Assembly: GCA_964421645.1 (NCBI GenBank)
Contig: CAYQXZ010000001.1
Span: 7,646-46,058 of the forward strand
From: an uncultured bacterium
GTDB taxonomy: Bacteria; Ratteibacteria; UBA8468; B48-G9; JAFGKM01
DNA: 38,413 bases
Reading direction: 5' to 3'
In this document: one piece after another, positions 16,347 to 27,261 of the stretch
How the letters are laid out: each line of letters begins with the position of its first letter
How positions within the stretch are numbered: the first letter of the stretch is position 1
Notes under the pieces: generated by a model
What the model was told of the DNA's origin: nothing
What the model saw: the letters and a program-made list of their open reading frames with translations, nothing else
The model's database searches: none
Translations under genes and position numbers: made by a program

Positions 16347-17351
16347 CTATTCTTCTTCCATGACAAAATCGTAGAACTTGACCAGGTTTTTCCTGTCTTC
16401 GCTTTCCATGAACTTCATGGCGTCTCTCGGATGCTGGTTCAGCCGTCCGGTAAGCATGTATGGAATGTCAAAGCCCCAGCGCAGGTGTTCTCTCAACGGC
16501 TCAATGTTTTCCTGTATGCACTGAATCACAGGTCGCAGGTTGAATTTCGGGTTGTGCAGGAATCCGAGCAGAAGCTCAATCTGGCAATTGCCCGCACCCC
16601 TGCCCAGGCCCGCAATGCTGGCGTCAAGCCTCGTGGCCCCGACAATCAAAGCCTCTATGGTATTCGCGTAGGCAAGCTGCTGGTTGTTATGACAATGGAT
16701 GCCCACTTCCTTTCCCGCAGCCCCGGCATACTTCAGGTATTTCAACGTCAGATCCCGTATCTGTTCCGCGTAGAGCGCTCCGAAGCTGTCCACGAGATAT
16801 ATAACATTAACTTCACTTGCCGCCAGCGCTGAAAGCGCGTCGTCAAGTTCCCTGTCCTGCACGGTGGAAATTGCCATGAGATTGACCGTTGTTTCATATC
16901 CCTTGTCATGGGCATCCTTGATCATGTCTATGGCCTCGGGTATCTGGTGGATATAGGTAGCTATTCTTACCGTGTCAATGACGCTGTTTTCCTTGGGGAG
17001 TATGTCCGTATGGTAGTCTGTTCTCTCGGCGTCCGCCATTACGGAAATCTTCAGTGAGGTCTTGTTATCCCCGATGATTCTGCGTATCGTATCTTCATCG
17101 CAGAACTTCCAGGAGCCGAACTGCGTCGGCGAGTAGATTCTTTTTGACGACTTGTAACCCATCTCCATATAGTCTATCCCCGCTTCCACGCAGGTTTCAT
17201 AGACTCTCTTTACCACTGTATCATCATAATTGTGGTTATTCATAAGACCGCCGTCCCTTATCGTGCAGTCAAGGACCTTTATCTCCGGCCTGTATGTAAC
17301 CCATCCGTCTTTCGCCTCCATTACGGTTGCCTGCTTTTTCTTCTCTTCCAT
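16347..17351 (-). CDS. HMGL-like aldolase / pyruvate carboxyltransferase-domain protein
   Basis: The TIM-barrel signature is LDCTIRDGGLMNNH...GIDYMEMGY...VGIHCHNNQQLAYANT. I chose the ATG at 17351 because AAGGAG lies 6 nt upstream. Confidence 0.7.
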   Translation of the reverse strand: MEEKKKQATVMEAKDGWVTYRPEIKVLDCTIRDGGLMNNHNYDDTVVKRVYETCVEAGIDYMEMGYKSSKRIYSPTQFGSWKFCDEDTIRRIIGDNKTSLKISVMADAERTDYHTDILPKENSVIDTVRIATYIHQIPEAIDMIKDAHDKGYETTVNLMAISTVQDRELDDALSALAASEVNVIYLVDSFGALYAEQIRDLTLKYLKYAGAAGKEVGIHCHNNQQLAYANTIEALIVGATRLDASIAGLGRGAGNCQIELLLGFLHNPKFNLRPVIQCIQENIEPLREHLRWGFDIPYMLTGRLNQHPRDAMKFMESEDRKNLVKFYDFVMEEE

Positions 17352-17530
17352 GTCTGCTCCTTTGCCCCGTTTGCCCGGACTTTGTTTCCGGGCGGAATTT
17401 CCCTGCATTCAAATTTTCCGGTTCGTTAAAAAACGGGTCCGCCACTCCGTATGTGCCAGAAACCATCCGGCTCCGGACCTTTCTGGAACGGCAGACCCGT
17501 CAGTAATACGAAACCCGCATCCGGCATCCG

Positions 17531-18202
17531 TCATTTTGCGGAGCGGGACGCAATTTCCCTGTATATCTTCACTGCAAGCTCGTCACCTCTTACGCCCTGG
17601 TCAATGTTCGTGTTCACGAAAGTCCCCAGCTGCTTGAAATCAACCTTCCTGTCCACCCCGTATGCCATGGCTCTCGTTGTTTTCTCATATTCTTCCGCAG
17701 ACAGCTGTTTCTTTATGAACTTATCTGTTAACGAATCAAGCTGGTCAAGAGGAACTCCGGCGCCTGCAGCCTCTTCAGCGGAGAAAAGCATTGTTTCCGC
17801 CTCCTGGTCCTTCTTCGCTTTGCTGATTCGCTCCTTGATTTTCTCCATGCGCTCCGTCCACGTTGTCTGGTCTCCCTTCTTCATCGTGTCCCAGTTTCCG
17901 GGATGTTTCCTGTCTTTTGTTTTATCTTTCGCCCCGTGCTTTTTTGCAAGTCCGGGAGGCATGTTCTTGCCCTGCCATCCTGTCTTCTCCCCTTTGCTCC
18001 ATCCGGGCGGCACTCCGTTTTTCCAGTCCTTTACCTGCTGCTCGTCAAGGTTGGCGGGTATCAGCACGTCTTCCAGTATGCTTGCCCCTTTCTTTTCCTC
18101 ATCTTTGTTGGAGGAAATCTTTGACATTGACATCGCAGAACCGGCAATGAAGAAAAAAACCATGAAAATCAATCCGGACTGCACATATTTCCTGCAACTC
18201 AT
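17531..18202 (-). CDS. Secreted, lysine-rich hypothetical protein
   Basis: The ATG at 18202 is preceded by GGAGGTG. The N-terminus is hydrophobic (GLIFMVFFFIAGSAMS). No family was recognised. Confidence 0.55.
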   Translation of the reverse strand: MSCRKYVQSGLIFMVFFFIAGSAMSMSKISSNKDEEKKGASILEDVLIPANLDEQQVKDWKNGVPPGWSKGEKTGWQGKNMPPGLAKKHGAKDKTKDRKHPGNWDTMKKGDQTTWTERMEKIKERISKAKKDQEAETMLFSAEEAAGAGVPLDQLDSLTDKFIKKQLSAEEYEKTTRAMAYGVDRKVDFKQLGTFVNTNIDQGVRGDELAVKIYREIASRSAK

Positions 18203-18237
18203 AATACGCACCTCCTTCCTGTATGGAAAACGGCTAT

Positions 18238-18693
18238 TCAAACTGCAACCTGCCTTGTTTCCGTAGAGATTAGCTTGCCGTCGCGATAGTACTGAATCGT
18301 CACCGTTCTCAATTTTCCTGAAAGCGCTCCGGGTGTCGCAATGACTTCTTCTTTGGCTCCGCTTTCTGTCGTCCTTGTGTATTTGATTGTGGCGTTCTGT
18401 TTCGCGGCTTCGGTGGCGGCCTGGTTCACTACGTCGGCATCTGCCTCAACAACGGATTCTCCGGTCTTGCTGTCAACCTTGGAGCCGATCCATCCGCCGG
18501 CGACCGCACCTGCCGCGGCTCCGATGATCGCACCTCTCCATGGCTTATTGGAATCTATAACGGCTCCCAGGATTCCTCCTGCTACCGCGCCGATTCCTGC
18601 ACCTGTCTTGGTCTCCGTGGAAAGATTCTCAAGCGTTGCACAGCCGCTGAACAGAAACGATGCTGCTAAAACCACCAACAATAACTTCTTCAT
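18238..18693 (-). CDS. Lipoprotein with a glycine-zipper domain
   Basis: The ATG at 18693 is preceded by AAAGGAGG. The lipobox is LFSGC. The glycine-zipper stretch is GAGIGAVAGGILGAVI...GAIIGAAAGAVAGGWIG. Confidence 0.7.
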   Translation of the reverse strand: MKKLLLVVLAASFLFSGCATLENLSTETKTGAGIGAVAGGILGAVIDSNKPWRGAIIGAAAGAVAGGWIGSKVDSKTGESVVEADADVVNQAATEAAKQNATIKYTRTTESGAKEEVIATPGALSGKLRTVTIQYYRDGKLISTETRQVAV

Positions 18694-18770
18694 GCAATCC
18701 TCCTTTCCCCTGATTGTACATAGGCGGGGTTCCACACTGATTATACCGGGCTCCGTAGTGAAAGTAAAGT

Positions 18771-19838
18771 CTAAGAAATATTCTTGAGGCTCTCGTGTAT
18801 TATCCTCCCGGCTGCTATTGCGCGGCTCCTTTCCAGCGGGGTGCTTTTCTTTCCGGCTTGAATTCCGTGTTCAGCCAGCAGCATAACGTAAGGCGCCGTG
18901 GCCGCCGTGAGTGCATATGTTGACGTCCTGGGAACGATGCCCGGGATATTGGCGACGCAGTAATGGATGATTCCGTCCTTGTTGTATATTGGCTCCCGGT
19001 GTGTGGTCGGACGGCTTGTTTCAAAGCACCCGCCCTGGTCAATGGCAACGTCCACGATGACGGTTCCCTCTTCCATGAGCTTCAGGTCTTCTTTCATGAG
19101 TACCTTTGGCGCTCTTGCGCCGGAAACCAGCACAGCCCCTATGACCACGTCCGCATCCCTGATTTCTTTTCTCACGGTATCCCTGCTTGAAAGCATTATC
19201 TCGCATTTTTTCATTGTTCTCTTGAGTGAACTGACTTTAGCGGGCGATATATCCATTATTGTCACGTCCGCTCCCATTCCGCAGGCCACGGTTGCGGCAT
19301 TTATTCCGACGACTCCTCCGCCTATGACAACAACCTTACTTCTCTTCACTCCCCGCGCCCCGCTCAAGCAGACGCCTTTTCCGCCGTATTCTTTTTCCAG
19401 ATACTTGGCTCCCTGGTGAACTGCAAGTTTGCCCGCGATTTCGCTCATTGGCGCAAGTACAGGCAGCCGGCCGTTTTTCTCCACCAGCTCATAGGCGAAA
19501 CATTCCACTTTCTTCTTCAGCAGAACGGCAGTCATCTCCGGGTTGCTTGCGAAATGGAAAAATGTGAAGATGATCTGGTTTTCCCTGAAGAATTCATACT
19601 CGCACGGAAGAGGTTCCTTGACCTTGACGATAAGTCCGCTTTTCCATACTTCCCCGGGATTGCGGCACACCCGGGCGCCGGCTTCTTCATACTGCCGGTC
19701 GGTAACGTTGAGGCCCGCACCGGCGTTGCTTCCAATCAGTACCATGTGTCCCTGCCTTACAAGCTTTGAGACAGTTTCCGGAATCATCCCCACACGGTAT
19801 TCTTCAGCTTTTACTTCTTTTGGCACGCCGATAATCAT
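18771..19838 (-). CDS. ald: Alanine dehydrogenase
   Basis: MIIGVPKEVKAEEYRVGMIPETV is the typical Ald N-terminus. The Rossmann motif is VVVIGGGVVGINAA. The length is 355 aa. Confidence 0.85.
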   Translation of the reverse strand: MIIGVPKEVKAEEYRVGMIPETVSKLVRQGHMVLIGSNAGAGLNVTDRQYEEAGARVCRNPGEVWKSGLIVKVKEPLPCEYEFFRENQIIFTFFHFASNPEMTAVLLKKKVECFAYELVEKNGRLPVLAPMSEIAGKLAVHQGAKYLEKEYGGKGVCLSGARGVKRSKVVVIGGGVVGINAATVACGMGADVTIMDISPAKVSSLKRTMKKCEIMLSSRDTVRKEIRDADVVIGAVLVSGARAPKVLMKEDLKLMEEGTVIVDVAIDQGGCFETSRPTTHREPIYNKDGIIHYCVANIPGIVPRTSTYALTAATAPYVMLLAEHGIQAGKKSTPLERSRAIAAGRIIHESLKNIS

Positions 19839-19895
19839 TTTCCCCCCGTGATATGTTTGATTTTCTATTTTATGATTTTTGAAAAGGGAATGCAA

Positions 19896-19927
19896 TTCAC
19901 ACGGAAGGTATCCATGTCAGGTATAAT
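19896..19927 (+). promoter_or_regulatory. Candidate copA promoter with an over-long spacer
   Basis: TTCACA (19896-19901), a 20-nt spacer, then TATAAT (19922-19927), about 35 nt upstream of the copA ATG. Confidence 0.35.
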
Positions 19928-19961
19928 ATAAATATCTTTGAAGCGCACAGAGGAAACGATT

Positions 19962-22187
19962 ATGAAAAGAATATTTGAGATTGAGGGGATGCACTGCGCC
20001 GCCTGCGCAAAGAATATTGAGAGAGCCGTGGGCAGGATTGAAGGCGTAAAATCGGCCTACGTGAACTTCCCTGCAAAAAAGCTGTACGTGGACGCTGCGG
20101 ATACGGTGGATGATGCCGGGATACTGAATGCGGTTGCGGCGGCAGGTTATTCTGCAATGTTCTCCGGAAAGACCGGAAGGGGAGACACGGACATACTGGA
20201 AATGAAAGCCGCGTTAAAAAGGGCTTTGTACTCATGGATATTTGCCCTTCCGGTTGGAATTGCAATGATCTATCACATGGCTTCTCATGGCCGCGTGTCA
20301 GCCGTTACCGGTTACGATATATTCTTCATTGCTGCCGCGGTTCCCGTGCTGTTTGTCTTCGGGCTTCCGACGTACCGCTCGGCCATCAGGTCGGCGCGGT
20401 CGCTCTATTTCAACATGGATTTTCTGATTTTTCTCGGGACCGTAATCGCTTTTGTTACGGGGTCGCTGAAATTTTTCCTGCCGGTTGAAAATTATGCTGC
20501 CATAGCTTCCATGATTATGGCGTTTCACCTTACCGGAAGATACGTTGAGGCGCGGGCAAGGGGAAGGGCGGGCATGGCGATAAAGAAACTTCTGACGCTT
20601 GAGGCGAAGCAGGCGGTGGTGCTTGAAAACGGGGTTGAGAGGACGATTGCTGCGGAAGAGTTGAAGGCGGGCGACGTGATGCTGGTCAGGCCCGGGGAAA
20701 AGATACCCACCGACGGCATTGTCGTAGAGGGCGAAAGCTCCGTGGATGAATCAATGGTAAGCGGGGAGAGTATGCCCGTTGAAAAAAAACAGGGCGACAG
20801 GGTAATCGGGGCAACCGTCAACCAGGACGGTCTCTTGAAGGTAAAAGCCCTGAAGGTGGGCAGCGAGACGTTCTTAAGTAACATAATAAGGCTTGTTGAG
20901 GAGGCGCAGGGGAGCAAGGTTCCCATACAGCAGTTTGCAGACAGCGTAACGTCAGTTTTTGTACCGGCAGTTCTCGCCGTTGCCGTCATGACGTTCCTGC
21001 TGTGGGCCGTTTTCCCGCAGTTCATGCTGGGTATCAGGACGACGTTTTCTTTCCTGCCGCAGGCCGGTTCTGGAAGCGGAAGGATAACGCTTGCTCTGTT
21101 TGCGTCCATTGCCGTGCTGGTAATCGCCTGCCCGTGCGCACTCGGACTGGCAACCCCTACAGTACTGATGGTTGCATCGGGACTGGGCGCGGAAAAGGGG
21201 ATTTTCATCAGGCGGGGGGAAGCGATACAGACCATGAAGGACGTTTCCATAATTGCGTTTGACAAGACCGGAACGATAACCAGGGGCGTGCCGGAGCTTA
21301 CGGACGTGGTGCCTGTCGGAAAAGGGGTTGAAAGAAAGGAACTATTGAAGGTTGCGGTGTCGCTTGAATCCGCGTCAGGACACCCTCTGGCAAGAGCCGT
21401 CGTTGACGCGGGAAGAAAAGAGAATCTCCTGCCGTACGGGATAACTGGATTCAGGATGTTGAGAGGCAGGGGTATTGAGGCAACGATAGATGGAAAAAGA
21501 GTTGTCATAGGCAGCAAGAAGCTGATGGCGGACGAGAGAATAGTGACAGCCGCCGTTGAAAAGACGGTTGCGGAAATGGAAGAAGAGGGCAAGACGGTGA
21601 TGCTTGTTGCGGAAGGAAACGTTATCCTGGGGATCCTTGCGATGGCAGACACGTTGAAGCCGGAGACGAAAGAAGTGATAAGCAGGTTGGACAGGCTTGG
21701 TTTCCGGACGGTGATGCTGACCGGAGACAACAGGAATACCGCTTCGGCGATAGCGTCCCGTGCAGGGATTTCAGACGTGCTTGCGGAGGTAATGCCTGAC
21801 GATAAACTGAAAAGGATCGGTGAACTGCAGAAGGAAGGAAAGGTCGCCTTCGTGGGAGACGGCATAAACGATGCGCCTGCCCTTAAAAAGGCGGACGTGG
21901 GGATAGCTCTCGGTACAGGCACGGACATTGCCATTGAGTCCGGCGATATAATACTTGCGCGGGGCAATCTTGAGGGAGTAGTGTCCGCGGTGGTGTTGAG
22001 CAGGCAGACGTTCAGGAAGATCAGGCAAAATCTCTTCTGGGCATTCTTTTACAACGTCGTCGCCATCCCGCTTGCCGTGATGGGGGTACTGCATCCTGTC
22101 ATAGCCGAGATAGCGATGGCAACCTCCTCAATTTCGGTTGTGACCAATGCAACTCTTCTCCGCCGCTCAAGAAGGTTAATGAAATGA
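19962..22187 (+). CDS. copA: Copper-translocating P1B-type ATPase
   Basis: The N-terminal HMA domain has [12 protein letters not shown]. The transmembrane CPC motif ([11 protein letters not shown]), the phosphorylation site DKTGTIT and the [10 protein letters not shown] motif are all present. The ATG at 19962 is preceded by GAGGAA. Confidence 0.9.
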   Translation: MKRIFEIEGMHCAACAKNIERAVGRIEGVKSAYVNFPAKKLYVDAADTVDDAGILNAVAAAGYSAMFSGKTGRGDTDILEMKAALKRALYSWIFALPVGIAMIYHMASHGRVSAVTGYDIFFIAAAVPVLFVFGLPTYRSAIRSARSLYFNMDFLIFLGTVIAFVTGSLKFFLPVENYAAIASMIMAFHLTGRYVEARARGRAGMAIKKLLTLEAKQAVVLENGVERTIAAEELKAGDVMLVRPGEKIPTDGIVVEGESSVDESMVSGESMPVEKKQGDRVIGATVNQDGLLKVKALKVGSETFLSNIIRLVEEAQGSKVPIQQFADSVTSVFVPAVLAVAVMTFLLWAVFPQFMLGIRTTFSFLPQAGSGSGRITLALFASIAVLVIACPCALGLATPTVLMVASGLGAEKGIFIRRGEAIQTMKDVSIIAFDKTGTITRGVPELTDVVPVGKGVERKELLKVAVSLESASGHPLARAVVDAGRKENLLPYGITGFRMLRGRGIEATIDGKRVVIGSKKLMADERIVTAAVEKTVAEMEEEGKTVMLVAEGNVILGILAMADTLKPETKEVISRLDRLGFRTVMLTGDNRNTASAIASRAGISDVLAEVMPDDKLKRIGELQKEGKVAFVGDGINDAPALKKADVGIALGTGTDIAIESGDIILARGNLEGVVSAVVLSRQTFRKIRQNLFWAFFYNVVAIPLAVMGVLHPVIAEIAMATSSISVVTNATLLRRSRRLMK

Positions 22188-22200
22188 GAGATCCGGAAAG

Positions 22201-22926
22201 TCACTGAACGTCGTGGCCGCCCGTGCCGTCCTTTGTAAGGTTTATGTCGGGGAGGCTGTCGTTTGCCGGAAAAAGTTTTGTTACCGGCAGGAACTCAACG
22301 TGGCCGTCCACGAAAAGATAGTTCCTGCTTCCTTCCCAGCTCCACCAGCCGCTGCTGCCTCCAGTATGGTTGTCAAGCCATTCGGCGAGTACTGCCTTAT
22401 TTGCCGGGTGTAACACCCTTGCCAGCTTCTGCGGGACCGCAGGGACTATTCGGGACGTGTCATAGGTATAAGCCGGTTCGCTCATCGCGTTTATCTGCTC
22501 CGGCGAATGATAGAAGCTCATTGAGTAGCCGTAGGACGTTGATTCCCAGTTCTGCCGTGCGGTGCGGTCCGACGGGCAGAAAAGTATGGCCGGGCTGACG
22601 GAAGAATAGCCGCTTCCCACGTAAGGCGCCAGCAGCTTTCTCCATCCCCTGCCCATCCACAGCCAGTAGACTGGGGCGGTGCTCACAGGGTCATCCGCAC
22701 AGGGAAACACTTCTTCATAATCCTGCACGTAGAGATGAAATGCAATACCGAGCTGTTTAAGGTTATTCATGCATACGGCCTGCCTTGATCTCTCTCTCGC
22801 CCGTGACAGCGCAGGCAACAGCACGGACGCCAGGATTGCCATGATTGCGGTCACCACCAATAATTCTATCAGTGTGAACCCTGTACTCGCGATAAGTCTG
22901 CGGCGGATACATTCCGTGTTTTTCAT
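22201..22926 (-). CDS. Prepilin-type N-terminal cleavage/methylation domain protein with a DUF1559-like C-terminus (type II secretion pseudopilin-like)
   Basis: [25 protein letters not shown] is the class III signal peptide. The C-terminal part has FVDGHVEF, which fits the H-X9-DG-type end of DUF1559 proteins. Confidence 0.8.
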   Translation of the reverse strand: MKNTECIRRRLIASTGFTLIELLVVTAIMAILASVLLPALSRARERSRQAVCMNNLKQLGIAFHLYVQDYEEVFPCADDPVSTAPVYWLWMGRGWRKLLAPYVGSGYSSVSPAILFCPSDRTARQNWESTSYGYSMSFYHSPEQINAMSEPAYTYDTSRIVPAVPQKLARVLHPANKAVLAEWLDNHTGGSSGWWSWEGSRNYLFVDGHVEFLPVTKLFPANDSLPDINLTKDGTGGHDVQ

Positions 22927-23049
22927 GCGACCTGTATTATTCCAGAAAAGTTATATTCTACTGGAAATCGTCGTTTTCTGCAACGGCCATGTTTTTTGTG
23001 CGATGCATGGCGAAATGATAAGATAGACACTGAACGGAAGGGGGAAGCA

Positions 23050-23991
23050 ATGGAAAAAATCTTTGAGGACATAACGAAAACTGTCGGAAATACTCCGCTT
23101 GTCAGGTTGAGCAGGATATCCACGGGGATAGATGCGGAGATAGTCGGCAAGCTGGAGTCCTTCAATCCTCTCGGCTGCGTCAAGGAGCGCATAGGCATCT
23201 CTATGATAGAGGACGCCGAGAAAAAAGGGCTGCTGAAAAAAGGCGGTGTAATTATTGAGCCGACCAGCGGCAACACCGGTATAGGGCTGGCTCTTGTGGC
23301 AGCGGTGAAGAGATACAGGGTCATCCTCACAATGCCGGATACAATGAGCGTGGAGCGTCGCAAGTTGCTTGCAATGCTGGGTGCGGAGCTTGTTCTCACA
23401 CCGGGAAGCGAGGGAATGCGCGGGGCGATAAAAAAGGCCGGGGAGCTGGTCCGGAAGGTTCCCGGAGCATTCATGCCCCAGCAGTTTGATAATCCCGCAA
23501 ATCCTGAAGCGCACCGGCAGACAACTGCGAAAGAGATATGGAGAGATACAGGCGGCAGGATTGACATCCTTGTTGCCGGGGTCGGAACAGGTGGTACCAT
23601 AACAGGTATTGCCGAGGTGATAAGAAAGAGGAAAAAAGAATTCAGGGCGATAGCGGTTGAACCCGATTCGTCACCCGTTCTGTCCGGCGGACAACCCGGT
23701 TCTCATAAAATACAGGGCATAGGCGCAGGTTTCGTGCCGAAGGTGCTGAACGTAAAGATTATTGACGAGGTCGTCAGGGTAAAAGACGAGGATGCAGGTG
23801 CAACGGCACGCCGGCTGGCGAAAGAAGAAGGGATTCTTGCGGGAATTTCAAGCGGAGCGGCGGTCTGGGCGGCTCTGGAAGTCGCCAAACGTAAGGAGAA
23901 CAAAAGAAAGCTTATTGTGGTTATTTTGCCTGACACCGGCGAGAGGTATCTGTCCACCTGGCTCTTTGATCAAAATACAGGACCTAAGTAG
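23050..23991 (+). CDS. cysK: Cysteine synthase A (O-acetylserine sulfhydrylase)
   Basis: Motifs present are GNTPLVRL, the PLP-lysine region [20 protein letters not shown] and [10 protein letters not shown]. The length is 313 aa. Confidence 0.9.
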   Translation: MEKIFEDITKTVGNTPLVRLSRISTGIDAEIVGKLESFNPLGCVKERIGISMIEDAEKKGLLKKGGVIIEPTSGNTGIGLALVAAVKRYRVILTMPDTMSVERRKLLAMLGAELVLTPGSEGMRGAIKKAGELVRKVPGAFMPQQFDNPANPEAHRQTTAKEIWRDTGGRIDILVAGVGTGGTITGIAEVIRKRKKEFRAIAVEPDSSPVLSGGQPGSHKIQGIGAGFVPKVLNVKIIDEVVRVKDEDAGATARRLAKEEGILAGISSGAAVWAALEVAKRKENKRKLIVVILPDTGERYLSTWLFDQNTGPK

Positions 23992-26153
23992 ACATAGATG
24001 ATACCTTCGTCCCACTCGCGAAAACCATAGCCGATATAAAAGGGCCCCAGCAGCGTGTCAAAAGCGGCGAATACGGAACCGGACAGACGCAGGTCATCTG
24101 GGGAAATATCCCCGAACTCATCCCACACCTGTCCGCCTTCAAGTGTCGCACCAAGAAAGAAGTTTTTCTGCCGCGGAGGCAGGGGCATTTCAATCTCTCT
24201 CAAGTATGTAAGCCTCAACAGACCCCCGTAATTCCCCGTGAATTCATTGTCCCTGTATCCGCTCATCCTGTGGAATCCGCCCAGGGCAAACTTCCTGTAC
24301 TGGGGAAGTTCCGTGTCCATGCTGCCTGAAGCTTCCGTGGAGAAGAGAACGGTGTTGAATTTCTTTGTCCATGCAAATGAGGTCTTTATTGTCAACTGCT
24401 GGAATTCTTCGTCGGTATCGGGAAGAGTCGTCTCGTAGTTTGCCGCAAAATATCTGCCTTTCCTCGGGAAAACAATGCGGTCAGTGCGGTCTACGGTCAG
24501 CGACCCGCGAAGCAGGAACCGGTCATCATCAAATTCCGGAAGGGCGTCATCGCCTATTGAGGGTTTGCTCGTGACCCTTTCCCCGGCTGCGCCTATGCGG
24601 GCCTGTCCCACGTTGCCGATGTTTACACCGATGTCTATCCCGGTCGCCGCAGAGCGCGTCTTGTAACGGGCATAGGAATTTCCATCATCGTACAATTCGG
24701 TATTGCGCACCTTGTAGTCAAAAACGGGCGCTATAAACAAACGGTTCCTGTAATCAAGAGGCTGGTAGAATTCCGCACTGAAGTCATGGTTTATGCCAAG
24801 GCGGCCATGAAGGTTGAGTTCTCCCCCGAGGCCGTTCATCTGGCTCATCCTGTAACGCAGCAGCGGGTTGAAATCCGTGTTGCTGTTGAACTGCAGCCCG
24901 AAGTACAGATAATTGGGCCCCCATGGTTTTGTGTGCGGATCAATGACCAGTCCGTAAGCTCCGTTTTTTTGTTCAATATGGTAATCAACCCTGTCAAAAA
25001 AACCCGTTGCATAGATATCCGCCACGTCGCGTTCAACGGCCCCGGTATCAAGCTTTTGACCGGGTGAGATTTCCACCCATTCCCTGACGATACGCGGAGA
25101 AACGTGTCTTGGCGGTTTTATGTCTACAAAACCAAGGACAGGAGGTTCCTTTCTCGCAAAGGCGTTCAGTTTGTTTCGTATGCGGGCGTATTCCTCCCCC
25201 GGAACCGAGAAAGATGCGAACGTGGAAGTTGCCTTGAGCGCGCAGGATTCTCCTTCCGCTATTATGCCCGCGGCTTTCTTGAAATCGGTATTTGCAAAAC
25301 CAGGCAATTCAAGAGCCAGGAGAACGTCGTTTTCATGCAGGAGAGAATGCTGGAATGCCAGGTCCCGGTGGCTGTATATTGCAAGCACCTGTCTTGTTAT
25401 GTCAATCATGGATTTCAGGTTGTCTCTTCCCGCGAGAGGCGGGCTGACATCCACCGCTATGATCCTCTGCGCTCCGACTGCGCGTGCGGTTTCAATGGAA
25501 AGGTTGGCGACGACTCCCCCGTCAACCAGAATATGTTCATCAATCTCAACCGGTGAAAAGACGCCCGGGATTGCCATGCTTGCCCTTATCGCCTTGACTA
25601 TGTCTCCTGAACTGATGTCAACTCTTTTCCCGGTTACAATGTCTGTGGCGACCGCACGGAAAGGTATTGCAAGGTTGTCAAAGTTATCGGTTGTCAGGGC
25701 GGGCAGCAGGATTCTGTTGAGGACCAGCGACAGTTTCTGTCCGGCGAGTATCCCGTGCGGTATGTGAATCTGGTTGAAAAGAAAACCGATTTCCGCGCCC
25801 TGGGCGTATTCCGCGGAATCTCTCCGCAGGCGATAGGATTGTTCAAGCGAATGGGGGCTGTCGGAAAATATGTCGTCCCAGTCAACTTCCATTATTTTTT
25901 TCTCAATTTCGTCCGGGGAAAGCCCCGCGGCATACAGCCCGCCCACTATCGCTCCCATGCTTGTGCCTATCACCATGTCCACAGGCACGTTTATCTTTTC
26001 AAGAACCTTCAGGACGCCGACGTGTGCGAGTCCGCGCGCGCCGCCGCCGCTCAACACGAGAACCGTAAAAGGTCTGCCGCCAGCGGATTCAGCGGCATCC
26101 GGTCTTCCAGCCAGACAAAACAGTATCACCAGTATTCCCGACCATCGTCTCAT
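23970..26153 (-). CDS. Patatin-like phospholipase fused to an Omp85/surface-antigen beta-barrel (PlpD-like, type Vd secretion architecture)
   Basis: A signal peptide is present. The patatin motifs are SGGGARG, GTSMG (GxSxG) and VDGGV (catalytic Asp). The C-terminal ~300 aa are beta-strand rich and end in YVYLGPVF, a terminal-Phe OMP signature. Confidence 0.8.
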   Translation of the reverse strand: MRRWSGILVILFCLAGRPDAAESAGGRPFTVLVLSGGGARGLAHVGVLKVLEKINVPVDMVIGTSMGAIVGGLYAAGLSPDEIEKKIMEVDWDDIFSDSPHSLEQSYRLRRDSAEYAQGAEIGFLFNQIHIPHGILAGQKLSLVLNRILLPALTTDNFDNLAIPFRAVATDIVTGKRVDISSGDIVKAIRASMAIPGVFSPVEIDEHILVDGGVVANLSIETARAVGAQRIIAVDVSPPLAGRDNLKSMIDITRQVLAIYSHRDLAFQHSLLHENDVLLALELPGFANTDFKKAAGIIAEGESCALKATSTFASFSVPGEEYARIRNKLNAFARKEPPVLGFVDIKPPRHVSPRIVREWVEISPGQKLDTGAVERDVADIYATGFFDRVDYHIEQKNGAYGLVIDPHTKPWGPNYLYFGLQFNSNTDFNPLLRYRMSQMNGLGGELNLHGRLGINHDFSAEFYQPLDYRNRLFIAPVFDYKVRNTELYDDGNSYARYKTRSAATGIDIGVNIGNVGQARIGAAGERVTSKPSIGDDALPEFDDDRFLLRGSLTVDRTDRIVFPRKGRYFAANYETTLPDTDEEFQQLTIKTSFAWTKKFNTVLFSTEASGSMDTELPQYRKFALGGFHRMSGYRDNEFTGNYGGLLRLTYLREIEMPLPPRQKNFFLGATLEGGQVWDEFGDISPDDLRLSGSVFAAFDTLLGPFYIGYGFREWDEGIIYVYLGPVF

Positions 26154-26175
26154 TTTATCAAGATTATATCATCTT

Positions 26176-26204
26176 TTGGCAGGAATCGGTATATGTCCTA
26201 TAAT
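26176..26204 (+). promoter_or_regulatory. Candidate promoter of the nucleotidyltransferase gene
   Basis: TTGGCA (26176-26181), a 17-nt spacer, then TATAAT (26199-26204). GAGGAGG and the ATG at 26236 lie downstream. Confidence 0.5.
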
Positions 26205-26235
26205 AATGCATGATGTGAACAACGAGGAGGTCGTG

Positions 26236-27261
26236 ATGAGAGCGGTACTGTTGTCAGGAGGAGAAGGAACAAGAGTCAGGCCGTTTACCCTTACTACGCC
26301 GAAACCTTTTCTTTCCATTGCCAACCTGCCCTTGATCTACTACCAGTTTCTACTCCTGAAGAAGTATAATTTCAGCGAGGTCATTGTCGGCGTTGGCTAC
26401 AAGGCGGATTATTTCAGAAGAGCCGTAGGCCCGGCCGCAAGGAAGGCAGGGATTAAGGCCGTTATTTCTTCTGAAAACAGTCCCCTCGGAACAGGGGGAG
26501 GGCTCAAGAATGCCGGAAGGTTCTTCGGAAAAAAAGATAAGGAGCCGTTTATCGTTTTCAACGGAGACGTAATAACGGATTTGAACCTGGAAAGAATTCT
26601 GGCTGTCCACAGGGAAAAAGAAGCATATGCCACAATAGGCATTGTGAGGGTGAACGATCCTTCACCATACGGCCTTGTCGTTATGGATGGAGAATCCGGA
26701 ATAAAGAAGTTTATTGAGAAACCGAAGAAGGATGAGATTATTACCGACACGATCAATGCGGGAATCTATGTTTTTTCGCCTGGAGTATTCGGTGACATCC
26801 CGCCGGGCAGACCCGTGTCTCTTGAAAAGGAGGTCATCCCTTCCATGCTTGAAAAAGGAATGAGCATGAGGGGATACGTGCACTACGGGTACTGGATTGA
26901 CGTAGGCAACGTGGATCTGTACAGGAGGGCTAACTTTGATGCCGTTGACGGAAAAACGGGACTGGTCCATGAAGTGAGTGAGATGAATGAAGGCAAGCTT
27001 CTGGCAGGACGGAAGACTGTTTTGAAAGAGGGCGTAAGAATAAAAGGAAAAGTCATTATCGGGGATAATTGCTTCGTAGGCAGAGACTGCTTTCTTGAAG
27101 ACAGTATCATACTTGGCAACACGATCATCCGCGACAGGTGTGTTATATCCGGCAGTACGATCGGCGCCGATGTTCTGGTGGAAAATGATTGCGTGATATC
27201 CTGCGCGGCCATCGCCGACAAAAGTCTAGTCCGGCCTTTCACCAGAATTTCCGGCAGGTAG
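26236..27261 (+). CDS. Sugar-1-phosphate nucleotidyltransferase (mannose-1-P guanylyl- / glucose-1-P thymidylyltransferase-like) with a C-terminal left-handed beta-helix
   Basis: MRAVLLSGGEGTRVRPFTLTTPKPF is the G-x-G-T-R-(x)n-K signature. The C-terminal region has hexapeptide-like repeats. ORF 25870..27261 was trimmed to the ATG that has an SD. Confidence 0.8.
   Translation: MRAVLLSGGEGTRVRPFTLTTPKPFLSIANLPLIYYQFLLLKKYNFSEVIVGVGYKADYFRRAVGPAARKAGIKAVISSENSPLGTGGGLKNAGRFFGKKDKEPFIVFNGDVITDLNLERILAVHREKEAYATIGIVRVNDPSPYGLVVMDGESGIKKFIEKPKKDEIITDTINAGIYVFSPGVFGDIPPGRPVSLEKEVIPSMLEKGMSMRGYVHYGYWIDVGNVDLYRRANFDAVDGKTGLVHEVSEMNEGKLLAGRKTVLKEGVRIKGKVIIGDNCFVGRDCFLEDSIILGNTIIRDRCVISGSTIGADVLVENDCVISCAAIADKSLVRPFTRISGR

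Noticed and set aside
20525-21967. 480-aa ORF on the minus strand inside copA
   Set aside because: It is fully antisense to a P-type ATPase gene that has all its diagnostic motifs. The product is low-complexity and S/P/A/T-rich, which is typical of an antisense frame lacking stops in GC-biased coding DNA.
22923-23600. 225-aa and 187-aa minus-strand ORFs overlapping cysK
   Set aside because: They are antisense to a well-supported cysK, have no recognisable motifs, and have a biased composition.
25120-26235. Plus-strand ORFs (215 aa, 152 aa) and the 122-aa N-terminal extension of ORF 25870..27261
   Set aside because: They are antisense to the PlpD-like gene. The nucleotidyltransferase family signature starts at the SD-preceded ATG at 26236, and a good promoter lies at 26176-26204, inside the putative extension.
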